Positions 47,601-57,082 of a stretch of DNA of 64,000 nt are shown here, in pieces. The first letter of the stretch is position 1, and each line of letters opens with the position of its first letter. The notes beneath the pieces are model-generated. The model was not told where the DNA came from, did not search any database, and saw only the letters and a list, made by a program, of their open reading frames with translations. The stretch comes from an uncultured cyanobacterium (GTDB lineage: Bacteria; Cyanobacteriota; Cyanobacteriia; Cyanobacteriales; Cyanobacteriaceae): the NCBI GenBank assembly GCA_963710605.1, contig CAVQBA010000006.1, positions 640,001 through 704,000 on the forward strand. The letters run 5' to 3'. Both the position numbers and the translations under genes were made by a program.

Positions 47601-48656
47601 TCTTCTATTTTGTTCGTATTCTGTCGTCATCCAATCCCTAACCGCAACATGCCCTTCTACACCGTTAATAAAAATAGGCACGGGAATTAAACCAGCAGAT
47701 TCAAAATGACGAATTAATTGAGGAATATAAGATAATTTGCTGATGACGTGTTTGCGATATAAAAGAATACCAACAACAGGTTTTAATCCCTCCTTGCCCT
47801 GCTTTGAACGGGAGGGATTGATGTTTTGGTTGGAGTCAGAAAATCGATCGTTGGTAGAAGATTCAGTATTTAACTTGCTTTTTATGGTAGGAGTTAGGGC
47901 AGTTGAATCAGAGTGAGAAAATCGATCGTTCGAGGATTGAGTCTTTAACTCCCCCCTTACAAAGGGGGGTTGGGGGGGATTCTTCTCATACCAATCTAGA
48001 TAGTCTTTGGGTGAGATGAAATAACCATCATAGTCAGGATGCAATAATCCCATATTCGGAGTTTCAATTATCTCTGGTATCTCTTTAACAGTTAAACCTA
48101 AATATTTTTCGGCAATTACCCAACACATCGAAGCAACATTTTCTGTACCTCCGGCATTCCAATAACCATAGATAATCAACCAGTTACGTAAGTCTTGGAC
48201 TTTTTTGACAGGCACATATTTTAATAATTTGGGACCAGTTTTGAGGAAACTGATATAACCTGCGAGTTTGTCTTCTTCCTTACTATTGGTAAATTTACTT
48301 AGGATAAATTTTACAGGTTTGGGCATTCCTTTAGGTTTATCACCGATCGCAAATTTACCTATTTGGGTAAGACTCATCAACTCAAGGGCAGATTCAAACA
48401 CTAAACGTATAGAGATGTGTTGAACTCTTTCTCTTAACCAGATTACTTGATCGTAGTCAAATATTAAACTAGCAAAAAAGACATCGGCAGTTTGTAAAGC
48501 TCGATCGACTTTCTCGGCTTCTGTATTGATGCTAGTATCACTAAATACTATTACTTCTAAATCTGGACAACATGAGGTTGCTTTAGTGGCGGCTTGGCGA
48601 TAGAGGTTACTGTTGAAGGTTTCAAATCCGGTGATTAAAACTATGCGTTTTTTCAT
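44646..48656 (-). CDS. bchH: Magnesium chelatase subunit H family (CobN/ChlH/BchH), second-paralog type, with repeat-derived insertions
   Basis: STIGFPLVGGPAG, HFGMHGTVEWLPG, ANNPSES, LPTGRNIHALDP and RTKLLNPKW motifs. N-terminus MKKRIVLITGFE differs from canonical cyanobacterial ChlH. Confidence 0.9.
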   Translation of the reverse strand: MKKRIVLITGFETFNSNLYRQAATKATSCCPDLEVIVFSDTSINTEAEKVDRALQTADVFFASLIFDYDQVIWLRERVQHISIRLVFESALELMSLTQIGKFAIGDKPKGMPKPVKFILSKFTNSKEEDKLAGYISFLKTGPKLLKYVPVKKVQDLRNWLIIYGYWNAGGTENVASMCWVIAEKYLGLTVKEIPEIIETPNMGLLHPDYDGYFISPKDYLDWYEKNPPQPPFVRGELKTQSSNDRFSHSDSTALTPTIKSKLNTESSTNDRFSDSNQNINPSRSKQGKEGLKPVVGILLYRKHVISKLSYIPQLIRHFESAGLIPVPIFINGVEGHVAVRDWMTTEYEQNRRNVGIKDTLSLSQEAVQVDSIVSTIGFPLVGGPAGSMEAGRQVEVAKTILTAKNIPYIVAAPLLIQDIKSWVRQGIGGLQSVVLYALPELDGAIDTIPLGGLVGEEIYLVPDRVKRLTSRINSWINLRRKEKNDRKIAIILYGFPPGYGATGTAALLNVPKSLRKLLTSLKAEGYDVGEIPEDGEEIIKAVKNADDFLSYSIPPLQSGKNDRPQSALVRNGNNPPQPPFVRGETQSGGSNSVDVQTLEKWLGYILTQRMEKQWGNLTQTGIKTIGDRFQIGGIQLGNVWIGVQPPLGIAGDPMRLMFEKDLTPHPQYAAFYKWLQNEYQPDALIHFGMHGTVEWLPGNPLGNTGYSWSDVLLGDLPNLYIYAANNPSESMLAKRRGYGVLISHNVPPYGRAGLYKELMALKELINEYREDTDKNELLRQDIIQKIVDSGLNKDCQFNEAQKRGIDLTAENAKLFSKSALNDYFIKIYDYLQIVEQRLFSSGLHILGAKPTEEQLNSYLDAYFDDTQQQAEFTKDLDNSSLIDRANKRALKEEESKQRLEQKQLITDLLMQTDDELTNLLKGLNGEYIPPAPGGDLLRDGAGVLPTGRNIHALDPYRMPSQGAYLRGREIGKKIIEQNLTDNGSYPETVAVMLWGLDAIKTKGESIGILLELVGAEPVKEGTGRIVRYELMPLDKIGHPRIDILGNLSGIFRDTFVNIIELLDDLFTRASLADESIEDNFIRKHYLELQEKGIENPTARLFSNPSGDFGSLVNDRVVDGDWESGDELADTWKGRNSFSYGRKDKGQTRPEILDKLLATSSTVVQEIDSVEYGLTDIQEYYANTGGLKRAAEKQSGKKVTASFVESFSKDTTPRQLESVLRMEYRTKLLNPKWAKAMSEQGSGGAYEISQRMTAMIGWAGTTDFTDDWVYDQAVDTYALDEEMANKLREANPEAFRNIIGRMLEASGRGFWDADEDKLEKLRGLYDMADDELEGVIV

Positions 48657-48774
48657 TGTTGCCCTAATAGAAGAAATAGTTATTCTATCAAGTATTGTAA
48701 CGACTATTTAAGAGAATTTAAGGACTGAAAAAGTTATTATTAAAATTAAGTTTATTCTTATACAGATTATACAG

Positions 48775-49125
48775 ATGTTGTCTTTTATTGATTTTTCGAT
48801 ACCTCAAGTTCAAGCAGCTATTATTAGTGGATTATTTACTATTATTACTACTGGAGTTTTTGGTCTTATAGGTATATTTATTTCTAATAGATTTAAGAAA
48901 GATGCTGAAAAAGCTAAAAATTTAGAAAGAAAATTACAAGAAGCGATCAACGATATTCACTTTTTATTAAAAGTAGAGAAGTTACATTGTGAAAGAAATC
49001 AGGAAAATTTTCCACAAGGATATAAAATCATAACTAGAGACAAAGTCAGAGAATTGTATTCACCGCTGAAGTTCTCTGGTAAGTTTACTCCTGGAAGGGT
49101 TAATAATCCAGATTACAACAACTAA
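48775..49125 (+). CDS. Hypothetical protein with N-terminal TM helix
   Basis: 116-aa ORF; hydrophobic AAIISGLFTIITTGVFGLIGIFI followed by a coiled-coil. Confidence 0.65.
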   Translation: MLSFIDFSIPQVQAAIISGLFTIITTGVFGLIGIFISNRFKKDAEKAKNLERKLQEAINDIHFLLKVEKLHCERNQENFPQGYKIITRDKVRELYSPLKFSGKFTPGRVNNPDYNN

Positions 49126-49286
49126 ATATTGATTTTTGTTTTTTCTTAATTAATTGCCCTGTCAGTATTACCGATTTTTAAGATTAAAGGATTTCACGAT
49201 CGATTTATCGGCTCAAATAAGCTCATGTAAATTAATAAGTTTTATCGTTAAGAAAATACCTTTTTTGTCTATCATTTGAATTTACT

Positions 49287-49970
49287 TTATCTTTGCCTTA
49301 AATTCAATTCTGGTACATCTACATGGGGAGATAAAATCAAAATCCAGTCGATCGTACTCATCAAATCAGCAAGAGGAATTGGTTTTTGCGGTGGGAATCT
49401 TCCTTCTTTAATATCTAATATCACCTCTGGTGTTTTTATATTACTAGGATTAATGACCGTAAATCCGATCTTTTTTTGAAAAGTGATTCTTAAGGCTTGG
49501 ATTGCACCACGTAAAGCAAATTTAGATGCTGTATTCGCTACTTCAATTGAGGCGTTATTATCTAAACCCGATGTTGCACCGATATAAATTGCTCTGGGGT
49601 TTTTTGCCAGAAGTAGATTTGATGATAAAATTCTAGTTATCTCGATCGGTGCGATCGTATTTACGCTAATTACAAAACGAGTTTCTTGATCGCAACTTTT
49701 TAAAAAGTCATAGTCTTGGGTAAAAGCATTTTTTTCCCATACTCCTCCCATAAATAATAAGGCATCGATCGTTTCTGAACCGATTATCTGTTTAATTTTA
49801 TTGATTCCTTCTGTTGTAGATATGTCTGCTTGAATCCAAATACCAACAGAAGATTTACTTCGAGAAATTGTATATATTTTATTCCCATTAGTATCTAAGT
49901 GATTAGCAACTTCTGCACCAATACCACGACTCGCTCCTACAATTACAAAGTTTTTAATTTGATCAGCCAT
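49287..49970 (-). CDS. Short-chain dehydrogenase/reductase (SDR) family protein
   Basis: VGASRGIG Rossmann motif; NTASKFAL where YxxxK is expected. Confidence 0.85.
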   Translation of the reverse strand: MADQIKNFVIVGASRGIGAEVANHLDTNGNKIYTISRSKSSVGIWIQADISTTEGINKIKQIIGSETIDALLFMGGVWEKNAFTQDYDFLKSCDQETRFVISVNTIAPIEITRILSSNLLLAKNPRAIYIGATSGLDNNASIEVANTASKFALRGAIQALRITFQKKIGFTVINPSNIKTPEVILDIKEGRFPPQKPIPLADLMSTIDWILILSPHVDVPELNLRQR

Positions 49971-50121
49971 GATTTAACCAAAAACTTGCTTCATAGTTAA
50001 GGTTTCTCCTTTTTAACTATTGTCTTAGTTAAAATAGTCATTCCAATTTTAAATATATATGCCAATAAAAAAGGACAATTATTCTTGCCCCTTGTCAAAG
50101 ATAAATTAGTTTTAAATTATT

Positions 50122-50830
50122 TTATTCGGCATTTTCTTGCTTACGCTTTTTCATTAAAGTACCCAACCCTAAAGCAATACCAGTACCTAAAATAGTCACT
50201 GGTTCGGGTGTTGGTACAACAGGAATTGTAATAGCAACATCAGGGTCCATCGTCATTGACTGATTATCACTAATTTTTTTAAAACTAGAAATACTTGAGG
50301 AGCTAAAATCTTCAAAAGACGAAAAAAGGATTACATCATTACTGCGATTCCCTCCTAGCGCTTGATCTCCATCATTACCAAAATCACCTCCACTTACTAG
50401 ATTGTCACTGGTACTTGCGGCAAATCGAAAAGAATCACCTACACCAAAGGAGTCTTCTTGAAAATTAAAGGTAATGAATTTGGATTGCTCTCCTGCAAAT
50501 TCAAAACTGATATCATCTGCTGTTAATCCGACTAAAGAACCTAAAACAGGTTGTTTTTGATTATTAAAAGAACTATCATCACTAAAATCAAAAAATCCAT
50601 TGGATTTGAGATTCGAAAGTAACTGATCTAACGTGAGTCGATTCACTAACATTACCCGAATCACTGTTAAATACTACTCCAAACATCTCAAAAGTATTGG
50701 ATGTATCTTGGCCTGTAATGTCACCTATAATTGTAGCCGCATTAGTTTGAGCGTTACTTACTATAATTGAGCCGCCTACAACGCAAAAGGTTATAGAATT
50801 TTTAATTATAGTATTGAATAGTTTATTCAT
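50122..50830 (-). CDS. PEP-CTERM sorting domain protein, split by a 1-nt insertion at ~50612 (paralog of 51684-52361)
   Basis: Signal peptide; C-terminal PTPEPVTILGTGIALGLGTLMKKRK; GAGATTCGAAAG versus GAGATCGAAAG in the intact paralog. Confidence 0.88.
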
Positions 50831-51311
50831 AATTATTTTGCTTTATTTGTAATCAATTGATGATATTTATATAATAATTTAGATTTAAATTAACTTTAAT
50901 GTAGGTAAAAGTTTCTTTTTACAGCACCTATTTTGTGATAGGACTTCAACTTTTTATCGGCGGAACACGATCGTCAATCGTCATCGACCAGTGGCTATTA
51001 TTATTATTAATTATTAATCTGCTTTCACCAACCCTATCCTAAAATCACTCTAAATTTATCCGTAAAATTACTGAAAAAATATTAGTAGATTTAGAATACT
51101 TGAATTATTGAAGTACTTAGAATTTTAGTTAGGGTTAAAAACTAGAGATTATCGTTATTTTTTGTAGAGTTTAACTGAACGTAGTTTTTATAGCGATCGA
51201 CGAATGTTTAATATTATTCAACCGTAATGGTTGTCCTCGTCAAAAATAGATTAATCCCCAAAAAATTTTTAGTAGTAGTAGTAGTAGTAGATGAGTTATA
51301 TGTTTGATTAT

Positions 51312-51442
51312 TGAGTAGCCCCAATTAATTAAACGTCAGAAAGATTAAGTTCGTAGTAAGGGCTTAAGCCCTTATCTTAATAGCTTTTTATCTCCCTAAA
51401 AGGGTAACTACAAACTTTTTTTTATTTAGGTGGAGCTACTTA
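51312..51442. mobile_element. MITE-like element with ~22-bp TIRs and an internal REP-like hairpin
   Basis: TGAGTAGCCCCAATTAATTAAA ... TTTATTTAGGTGGAGCTACTTA; interior TTCGTAGTAAGGGCTTAAGCCCTTA. Confidence 0.65.
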
Positions 51443-51683
51443 TTGTGTAATTTAAAAATTATATAATTTAAAAACAATTATTAAAATTACTTTTTTTTGG
51501 TTGTATGAAGTATCAAACGATCAATCTAACTTTTCTTGATGAGCAAAAATATCAGAAGTAAATAAATGCAGGAGCGTTACAATGTTGAGGTGATTGACAA
51601 AAAAGAATACACGACAAGCAAAGATAATTATACGGCTTAATTATAGAGTGCAAAAGGAGTAGTTAATAACAAATATAAGTTTA

Positions 51684-52361
51684 TCAACTATTTTCTTGCT
51701 TACGCTTTTTCATCAAACTACCCAAACCAAGAGCAACTCCCGTACCTAAAATAGTTAACGGTTCTGGTACAATTTCGGGTTCTAATTCATTTTCGATAGC
51801 AACATTAGGGTCCGTCGTAATTGACTTATTATCATTAATTTTTTTAAAACTAGAATTACTAGAGGAGCTAAAATCTTCAAAAGATGAGAAAAGAACTACA
51901 TTCTTATCACCAAAATCACCTCCACTTACTAGATTGTCGCTGGTACTTGCGGCAAATCGAAAAGAATCACCTACACCAAAGGAGTCTTCTTGAAAATTAA
52001 AGGTAATGTATTGGGATTGCTCTGCATCAAAATCAAAACTAATATCATCTGCTGTTAATCCGACTAAAGAACCTAAAACAGGTTGTTTTTGATTATTAAA
52101 AGAACTATCATCACTAAAATCAAAAAATCCATTGGATTTGAGATCGAAAGTAACCGATCTAACGTGAGCCAATTCACTAACATTACCCGAATCACTCCTA
52201 AATTCTACTCCAAACATATCAAAAGTATTGGATGTATCTGATCCCGTAATATCACCTATAATTGTAGCCGCATTAGTTTGAGCGTTGCTTGCTATAATTC
52301 CACCGCCAACAACGCAAAGGGTTATCGAATTTTTGATTATAGTATTGAATAGTTTATTCAT
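51684..52361 (-). CDS. PEP-CTERM sorting domain protein
   Basis: Signal peptide; VPEPLTILGTGVALGLGSLMKKRKQ tail. Confidence 0.92.
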   Translation of the reverse strand: MNKLFNTIIKNSITLCVVGGGIIASNAQTNAATIIGDITGSDTSNTFDMFGVEFRSDSGNVSELAHVRSVTFDLKSNGFFDFSDDSSFNNQKQPVLGSLVGLTADDISFDFDAEQSQYITFNFQEDSFGVGDSFRFAASTSDNLVSGGDFGDKNVVLFSSFEDFSSSSNSSFKKINDNKSITTDPNVAIENELEPEIVPEPLTILGTGVALGLGSLMKKRKQENS

Positions 52362-52803
52362 AATTATTTTGCTTTATTTGTAATCAATTGAGGATACAAA
52401 TATCATAATTTAGATTTAGGTTAACTTTAATCTATACAAAGGTTGATTTTTGCAGAATCCAATTTTATTATAATGCTTCAAATTTTTATCGGTGGAACAC
52501 GATCGTAAATTGTCATAAATTCGCTATTATTGTTATTCATTATTGAATGACTTTGACTAAAGTTATCTTAAAAATACTCCCAATTTATCCGTAAAATCAC
52601 TGAAAAACATTAGTCAATTTAAAACACTAGAATTGTCGAAGCTTTCTCAATTTAAGTTAGTGTTAAAGACTAGAGATTATCGTTACTTTATTGTAAAGTT
52701 TAACTAAGCTTGATTTTTGTGTAGCGATCGACGGATGTTTAATCTTACTCAATAGTAACCGATTGTCCCCGCCGAGAATATATTAATCTAAAAATATTTT
52801 TGA

Positions 52804-53496
52804 TTAACTGTTTTGTTGCTTACGCTTCTTTTTTATGAAGCTACCAAATCCTAATGCCGTCATTGTACCTAAGATAGTTACAGGTTCTGGTACAGGTTCT
52901 GGGTCGATAGGATCATTTCCGAACTCAAAGGTAATGGTATCAGCACCGCCATTAAAACCGGAAAAATAAGTACCTGATTCTATTCCTAAAGTGTCAAAAT
53001 CGGTATTATTAAAAGTCATGGTAGAACTAAGTTCCGTACCTGTCATATATCCTTGAGGTAGCCTAACTCTACTTCTTGAAACTTGTTGATCAGCTCCACG
53101 AAAAATGAGATCAAAGACAACAGGATCGCCTGATTTCGTATCTGGGTTGGTTCTCATACCACTTCCAAAAGATAAATTTGATGGATTATCAATCAAGTTA
53201 ACATAGACATCAAGGTTTGGAATGTCAACCGGTTCGTTGGGATTAAACGCTATAGTACCACGTTGTGGTAGTATTCGAGTACCTTGAAAATATAAACCAC
53301 TGAGGATATTGACATTTTCTATATCACTGACATCTAAACTTCCGCTCAGAGTAAAGGTTACATTCCCTCCTGTTTCGAGTCCTGAAACGAGTATCGCCGC
53401 ATCTGCTTTTTCTGCTGTTAAGCCGTTAATCAATCCTCCACTAAGAATAGTAAGGGCTAAAGCGTTTTTTATTTTTGATTTGAGTAATCTATTCAT
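52804..53496 (-). CDS. PEP-CTERM sorting domain protein (different passenger domain)
   Basis: Signal peptide ending KADAA; PEPVPEPVTILGTMTALGFGSFIKKKRK tail. Confidence 0.92.
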   Translation of the reverse strand: MNRLLKSKIKNALALTILSGGLINGLTAEKADAAILVSGLETGGNVTFTLSGSLDVSDIENVNILSGLYFQGTRILPQRGTIAFNPNEPVDIPNLDVYVNLIDNPSNLSFGSGMRTNPDTKSGDPVVFDLIFRGADQQVSRSRVRLPQGYMTGTELSSTMTFNNTDFDTLGIESGTYFSGFNGGADTITFEFGNDPIDPEPVPEPVTILGTMTALGFGSFIKKKRKQQNS

Positions 53497-53926
53497 GAAA
53501 AGATTTGTGTCTTTTAGACTTTTAAATATTACCTTTTATCATACTCAGGAAAATAATGAATGTCAATTAATAACGTTAATAAATTTTAATTTTATCGCAA
53601 TTTATTAACACGTGTTTTTAGATAGATATGATTTCATAAATTATAATCAATTGAGCCTTTACAAGGATTATTTCAGTTTTTGCTAACAACTGTTTTAAGT
53701 ATTATTACGCAAAAGTAAATTATTTTTACAAATTAACAAATTTACGTTGAATATATATACTCAGTAATGATAATTTTATTACTTTTTTCTGGAAAAAGAC
53801 GCTTTAAATTGCCTAATAATTGACTAAAACGTTGTCGAAACAAAAAAAGCCTTTGATTGAAGTATCTCATTATAAACTAACCTGTTTTCGAGTAAGATAT
53901 TGATAATTATTTTAATATCTTTTCTT

Positions 53927-55096
53927 ATGAAATTAATTTCTATATTAGGTTCTACAGGTTCGATCGGTACTCAGACTTTAGATATTGTGAGAGAAAATCC
54001 CCAAGGGTTTAAAGTAGTTGGATTAGCCGCAGGAAATAATATTACTTTACTTGCAGGGCAAATAAAAGAATTTAAACCTGAAATTGTTGCTATTTGCGAT
54101 CGTAATAAGTTACCTCAATTAAAAGAAGCTATTAGTGATGTCAATCCGCAACCGATTCTCCTCGCTGAAAACGAAGGTATTTGTGAAGTTGCTCGTTATG
54201 GAAATGCCCAAAGCGTGGTAACGGGAATTGTCGGTTGTGCGGGGCTATTACCAACCATTGCGGCGATAAAAGCGGGTAAAGATATTGCTTTGGCTAATAA
54301 AGAAACATTGATTGCCGGTGGTCCTGTTGTGTTACCTTTAGTAGAAGAATATGGTGTCAAACTTTTACCCGCCGATTCGGAACACTCGGCTATTTTTCAG
54401 TGTTTACAAGGTGTACCGCCTGAAGGTTTGCGTCGCATTATTTTAACTGCTTCTGGTGGCTCATTCCGTGATTTACCTGTTGAGAAACTGGCTGATGTTA
54501 CTGTTGCTGATGCTTTAAAACATCCGAATTGGTCGATGGGGCAGAAAATAACGATCGATTCTGCTACTTTAATGAATAAGGGTTTAGAAGTTATCGAAGC
54601 TCATTATCTCTTTGGTATGGATTACGATAACATTGATATTGTTATTCATCCCCAAAGTATCATCCATTCTTTAATCGAATTACAAGATACATCAGTTTTG
54701 GCTCAATTAGGTTGGGCGGATATGCGTTTACCTTTACTTTATGCTTTATCTTACCCTGAGCGTTTATCAACTAATTGGGAAACTTTAGATTTAGTCAAAG
54801 CTGGGGATTTAACTTTCCGTGAGCCTGATCATGATAAATATCCTTGTATGCAATTAGCTTACTCAGCAGGAAAAGCAGGTGGTTGTATGCCTGCGGTATT
54901 GAATGCGGCGAATGAACAAGCTGTGGCTTTATTTTTAGCTGAAAAAATTACTTTTCTCGATATTCCTCGTGTAATTGAGTCAGTATGCGATCGTTTTGGC
55001 TCACAAAATAATAGTCAACCTAATTTAGATGATATTATAGAGTCAGATAAATGGGCAAGACAAGCTGTATTAGAGCAATTTTCAACTTTAGTTTAA
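53927..55096 (+). CDS. dxr: 1-deoxy-D-xylulose-5-phosphate reductoisomerase
   Basis: [24 protein letters not shown] and [11 protein letters not shown] motifs. Confidence 0.99.
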   Translation: MKLISILGSTGSIGTQTLDIVRENPQGFKVVGLAAGNNITLLAGQIKEFKPEIVAICDRNKLPQLKEAISDVNPQPILLAENEGICEVARYGNAQSVVTGIVGCAGLLPTIAAIKAGKDIALANKETLIAGGPVVLPLVEEYGVKLLPADSEHSAIFQCLQGVPPEGLRRIILTASGGSFRDLPVEKLADVTVADALKHPNWSMGQKITIDSATLMNKGLEVIEAHYLFGMDYDNIDIVIHPQSIIHSLIELQDTSVLAQLGWADMRLPLLYALSYPERLSTNWETLDLVKAGDLTFREPDHDKYPCMQLAYSAGKAGGCMPAVLNAANEQAVALFLAEKITFLDIPRVIESVCDRFGSQNNSQPNLDDIIESDKWARQAVLEQFSTLV

Positions 55097-55251
55097 ACTC
55101 TCGATCGTCTATTTATCAATGAATAATGATGTGATAAACTCTAAGCTACAAGAATCATATAATTAGTGAAAATTGGTAATGATTGTTCTTATATATATCA
55201 ATAACATTTTAATTATTCATTATTCATTATTCATTATTAATTAACTACAGA

Positions 55252-56142
55252 ATGAATTGGGATTTTTCACCACACATATTAATACAAGGCATCAATCAAC
55301 CTGAAGCCATCAGTTATTTACAAAAATCTGAATTACCCAAAAAAAGTGTAATTGCGGGTGTAGCGGATGAATATATTGGCGACTCGATCGAAGATATACC
55401 GATTTTTGATTTAGTTACATCTGTAGTTGAGCAAAAAAATAAGGTGGTTACGAGTTTAGTGTTTAGTCATCCCCATCATGTTTTAGATTCTTGTTACGAA
55501 GCTATTAATGCGGGTATCAAACAGATAGTGATTAATTCAGGTAAGGTTTCTCCTTTAGATTTAATCAAACTTTATCAAATTGCTCACAACAATCAAGTTT
55601 TGATACTCGGCCCTTCTGGAGGAGGAATTTTAAAACCGGGGCAATATAATTGTGGCGTTAAAAATAGGCATATTTTTAGTAAGGGTAATGTGGGTATCAT
55701 TAATTTTGCTCATCAGACAATCCCTTCTGAAATAGCTTTATCTTTAAAAGAAGATGATTTGGCGATTTCTATTTTAATTAATTTAGGTAATGATTATTTT
55801 ACGAAAACTAATTGGGATGTATGGCTGAAGTTTTTAAATAAGAATAGACAGACAAGATCGATCGTGGTTATTATTAGTCAAATCACTCCTTTAGAAGCTG
55901 AACAGTTAATTTTAGCTTTAAATCAAGTTGCCAAGAAGAAAGTTGTTATTTATTTATTAGACACTGACAATTGGCATGACAAAATTAATCACCGTCAAGC
56001 AGAGGTAATTTCTGATCAAATCCATACTCATTTATACCCAATTTCAGCGATAAAATTAATTAAAGAATGTGATTTTCCAGAGAATATTATCATTAGCGAA
56101 AATTATGCGCAAATTGGTGAAATACTAACTAAAGATAATTAA
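55252..56142 (+). CDS. Divergent succinyl-CoA synthetase alpha-like (CoA-binding) protein
   Basis: ILIQGI, EAINAGIKQIV, ILGP..GGILKPG and GNVGII resemble SucD; no GHAG catalytic motif. Confidence 0.7.
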   Translation: MNWDFSPHILIQGINQPEAISYLQKSELPKKSVIAGVADEYIGDSIEDIPIFDLVTSVVEQKNKVVTSLVFSHPHHVLDSCYEAINAGIKQIVINSGKVSPLDLIKLYQIAHNNQVLILGPSGGGILKPGQYNCGVKNRHIFSKGNVGIINFAHQTIPSEIALSLKEDDLAISILINLGNDYFTKTNWDVWLKFLNKNRQTRSIVVIISQITPLEAEQLILALNQVAKKKVVIYLLDTDNWHDKINHRQAEVISDQIHTHLYPISAIKLIKECDFPENIIISENYAQIGEILTKDN

Positions 56143-56280
56143 AACTGTATTGTAGTAAAGACTTTGGTCTTTATCTATTTTTTTACCAATTTTGATTCGT
56201 GGTTGATTAAAATCAAAATATCCCATTCATCGATAAGACAAATGGGATACTATTAAATATTGAGTTTTTAGGTTGATTAT

Positions 56281-56916
56281 CTAAGATAAAGGTAATAGAT
56301 AAACTAAACCAAAAAGAATAATCCAAACTACATCGACAAAGTGCCAATAAAGTTCAGCCGCTTCTACACCAAAGTGACTATCAGCTGAATAATGACCTTC
56401 AGTGCGCGATCGCCACAAAACAGCTAAGATGAATAATAATCCAGCGGTAACGTGTAAACCGTGAAAACCAGTCAAGACGTAAAAACAACTAGCAAATAAG
56501 CTATCAGTTAAACCAAAACTTGTATGGGCATATTCAAATAACTGACCACCTAAAAAGATAATTCCCATTAAAGCTGTGATGCCAAACCATAACTGCAAAC
56601 CTTTGACATCGTTGTTTTTGATCGCACTTTGTCCTTTGTGCATCACAAAACTACTAGCAATCAGAATAACCGAGTTGACACCGGGTAATAATAATTCTAA
56701 CTCGATGCCTCCTGTTGGCCATTCAGGGCTAGTAGCATAATAAATCAGATAAGCACTAAAAAGACCAAAAAAGATCATACTTTCAGCGATTAAAAATAAA
56801 ACTAAACCAAACATCCGTAAATCAGGATGTTCACCATGTCCTTCATGTGCATGAGCAGAATTAGTAGTTTCGTAATCTACCGTAACTTGAGAATCGATCG
56901 AAGTTGTACCTTGCAT
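56281..56916 (-). CDS. ctaE: Cytochrome c oxidase subunit III
   Basis: TGFHGLHV and YWHFVDVVW motifs. Confidence 0.97.
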   Translation of the reverse strand: MQGTTSIDSQVTVDYETTNSAHAHEGHGEHPDLRMFGLVLFLIAESMIFFGLFSAYLIYYATSPEWPTGGIELELLLPGVNSVILIASSFVMHKGQSAIKNNDVKGLQLWFGITALMGIIFLGGQLFEYAHTSFGLTDSLFASCFYVLTGFHGLHVTAGLLFILAVLWRSRTEGHYSADSHFGVEAAELYWHFVDVVWIILFGLVYLLPLS

Positions 56917-57082
56917 AATTAATTTCGAGAGTGAATAGTAAAATAAATAGTTATCTTGTAATTAACCTTAATGCTATAAACTAATGCTAACTAAAATTTA
57001 AGAGTGAATAATTAAACTAGTAAAAGTTAATAGCAATAACTAAAAAACTACTAACTATTAACTTTTAACTGTTAACTGTTAA

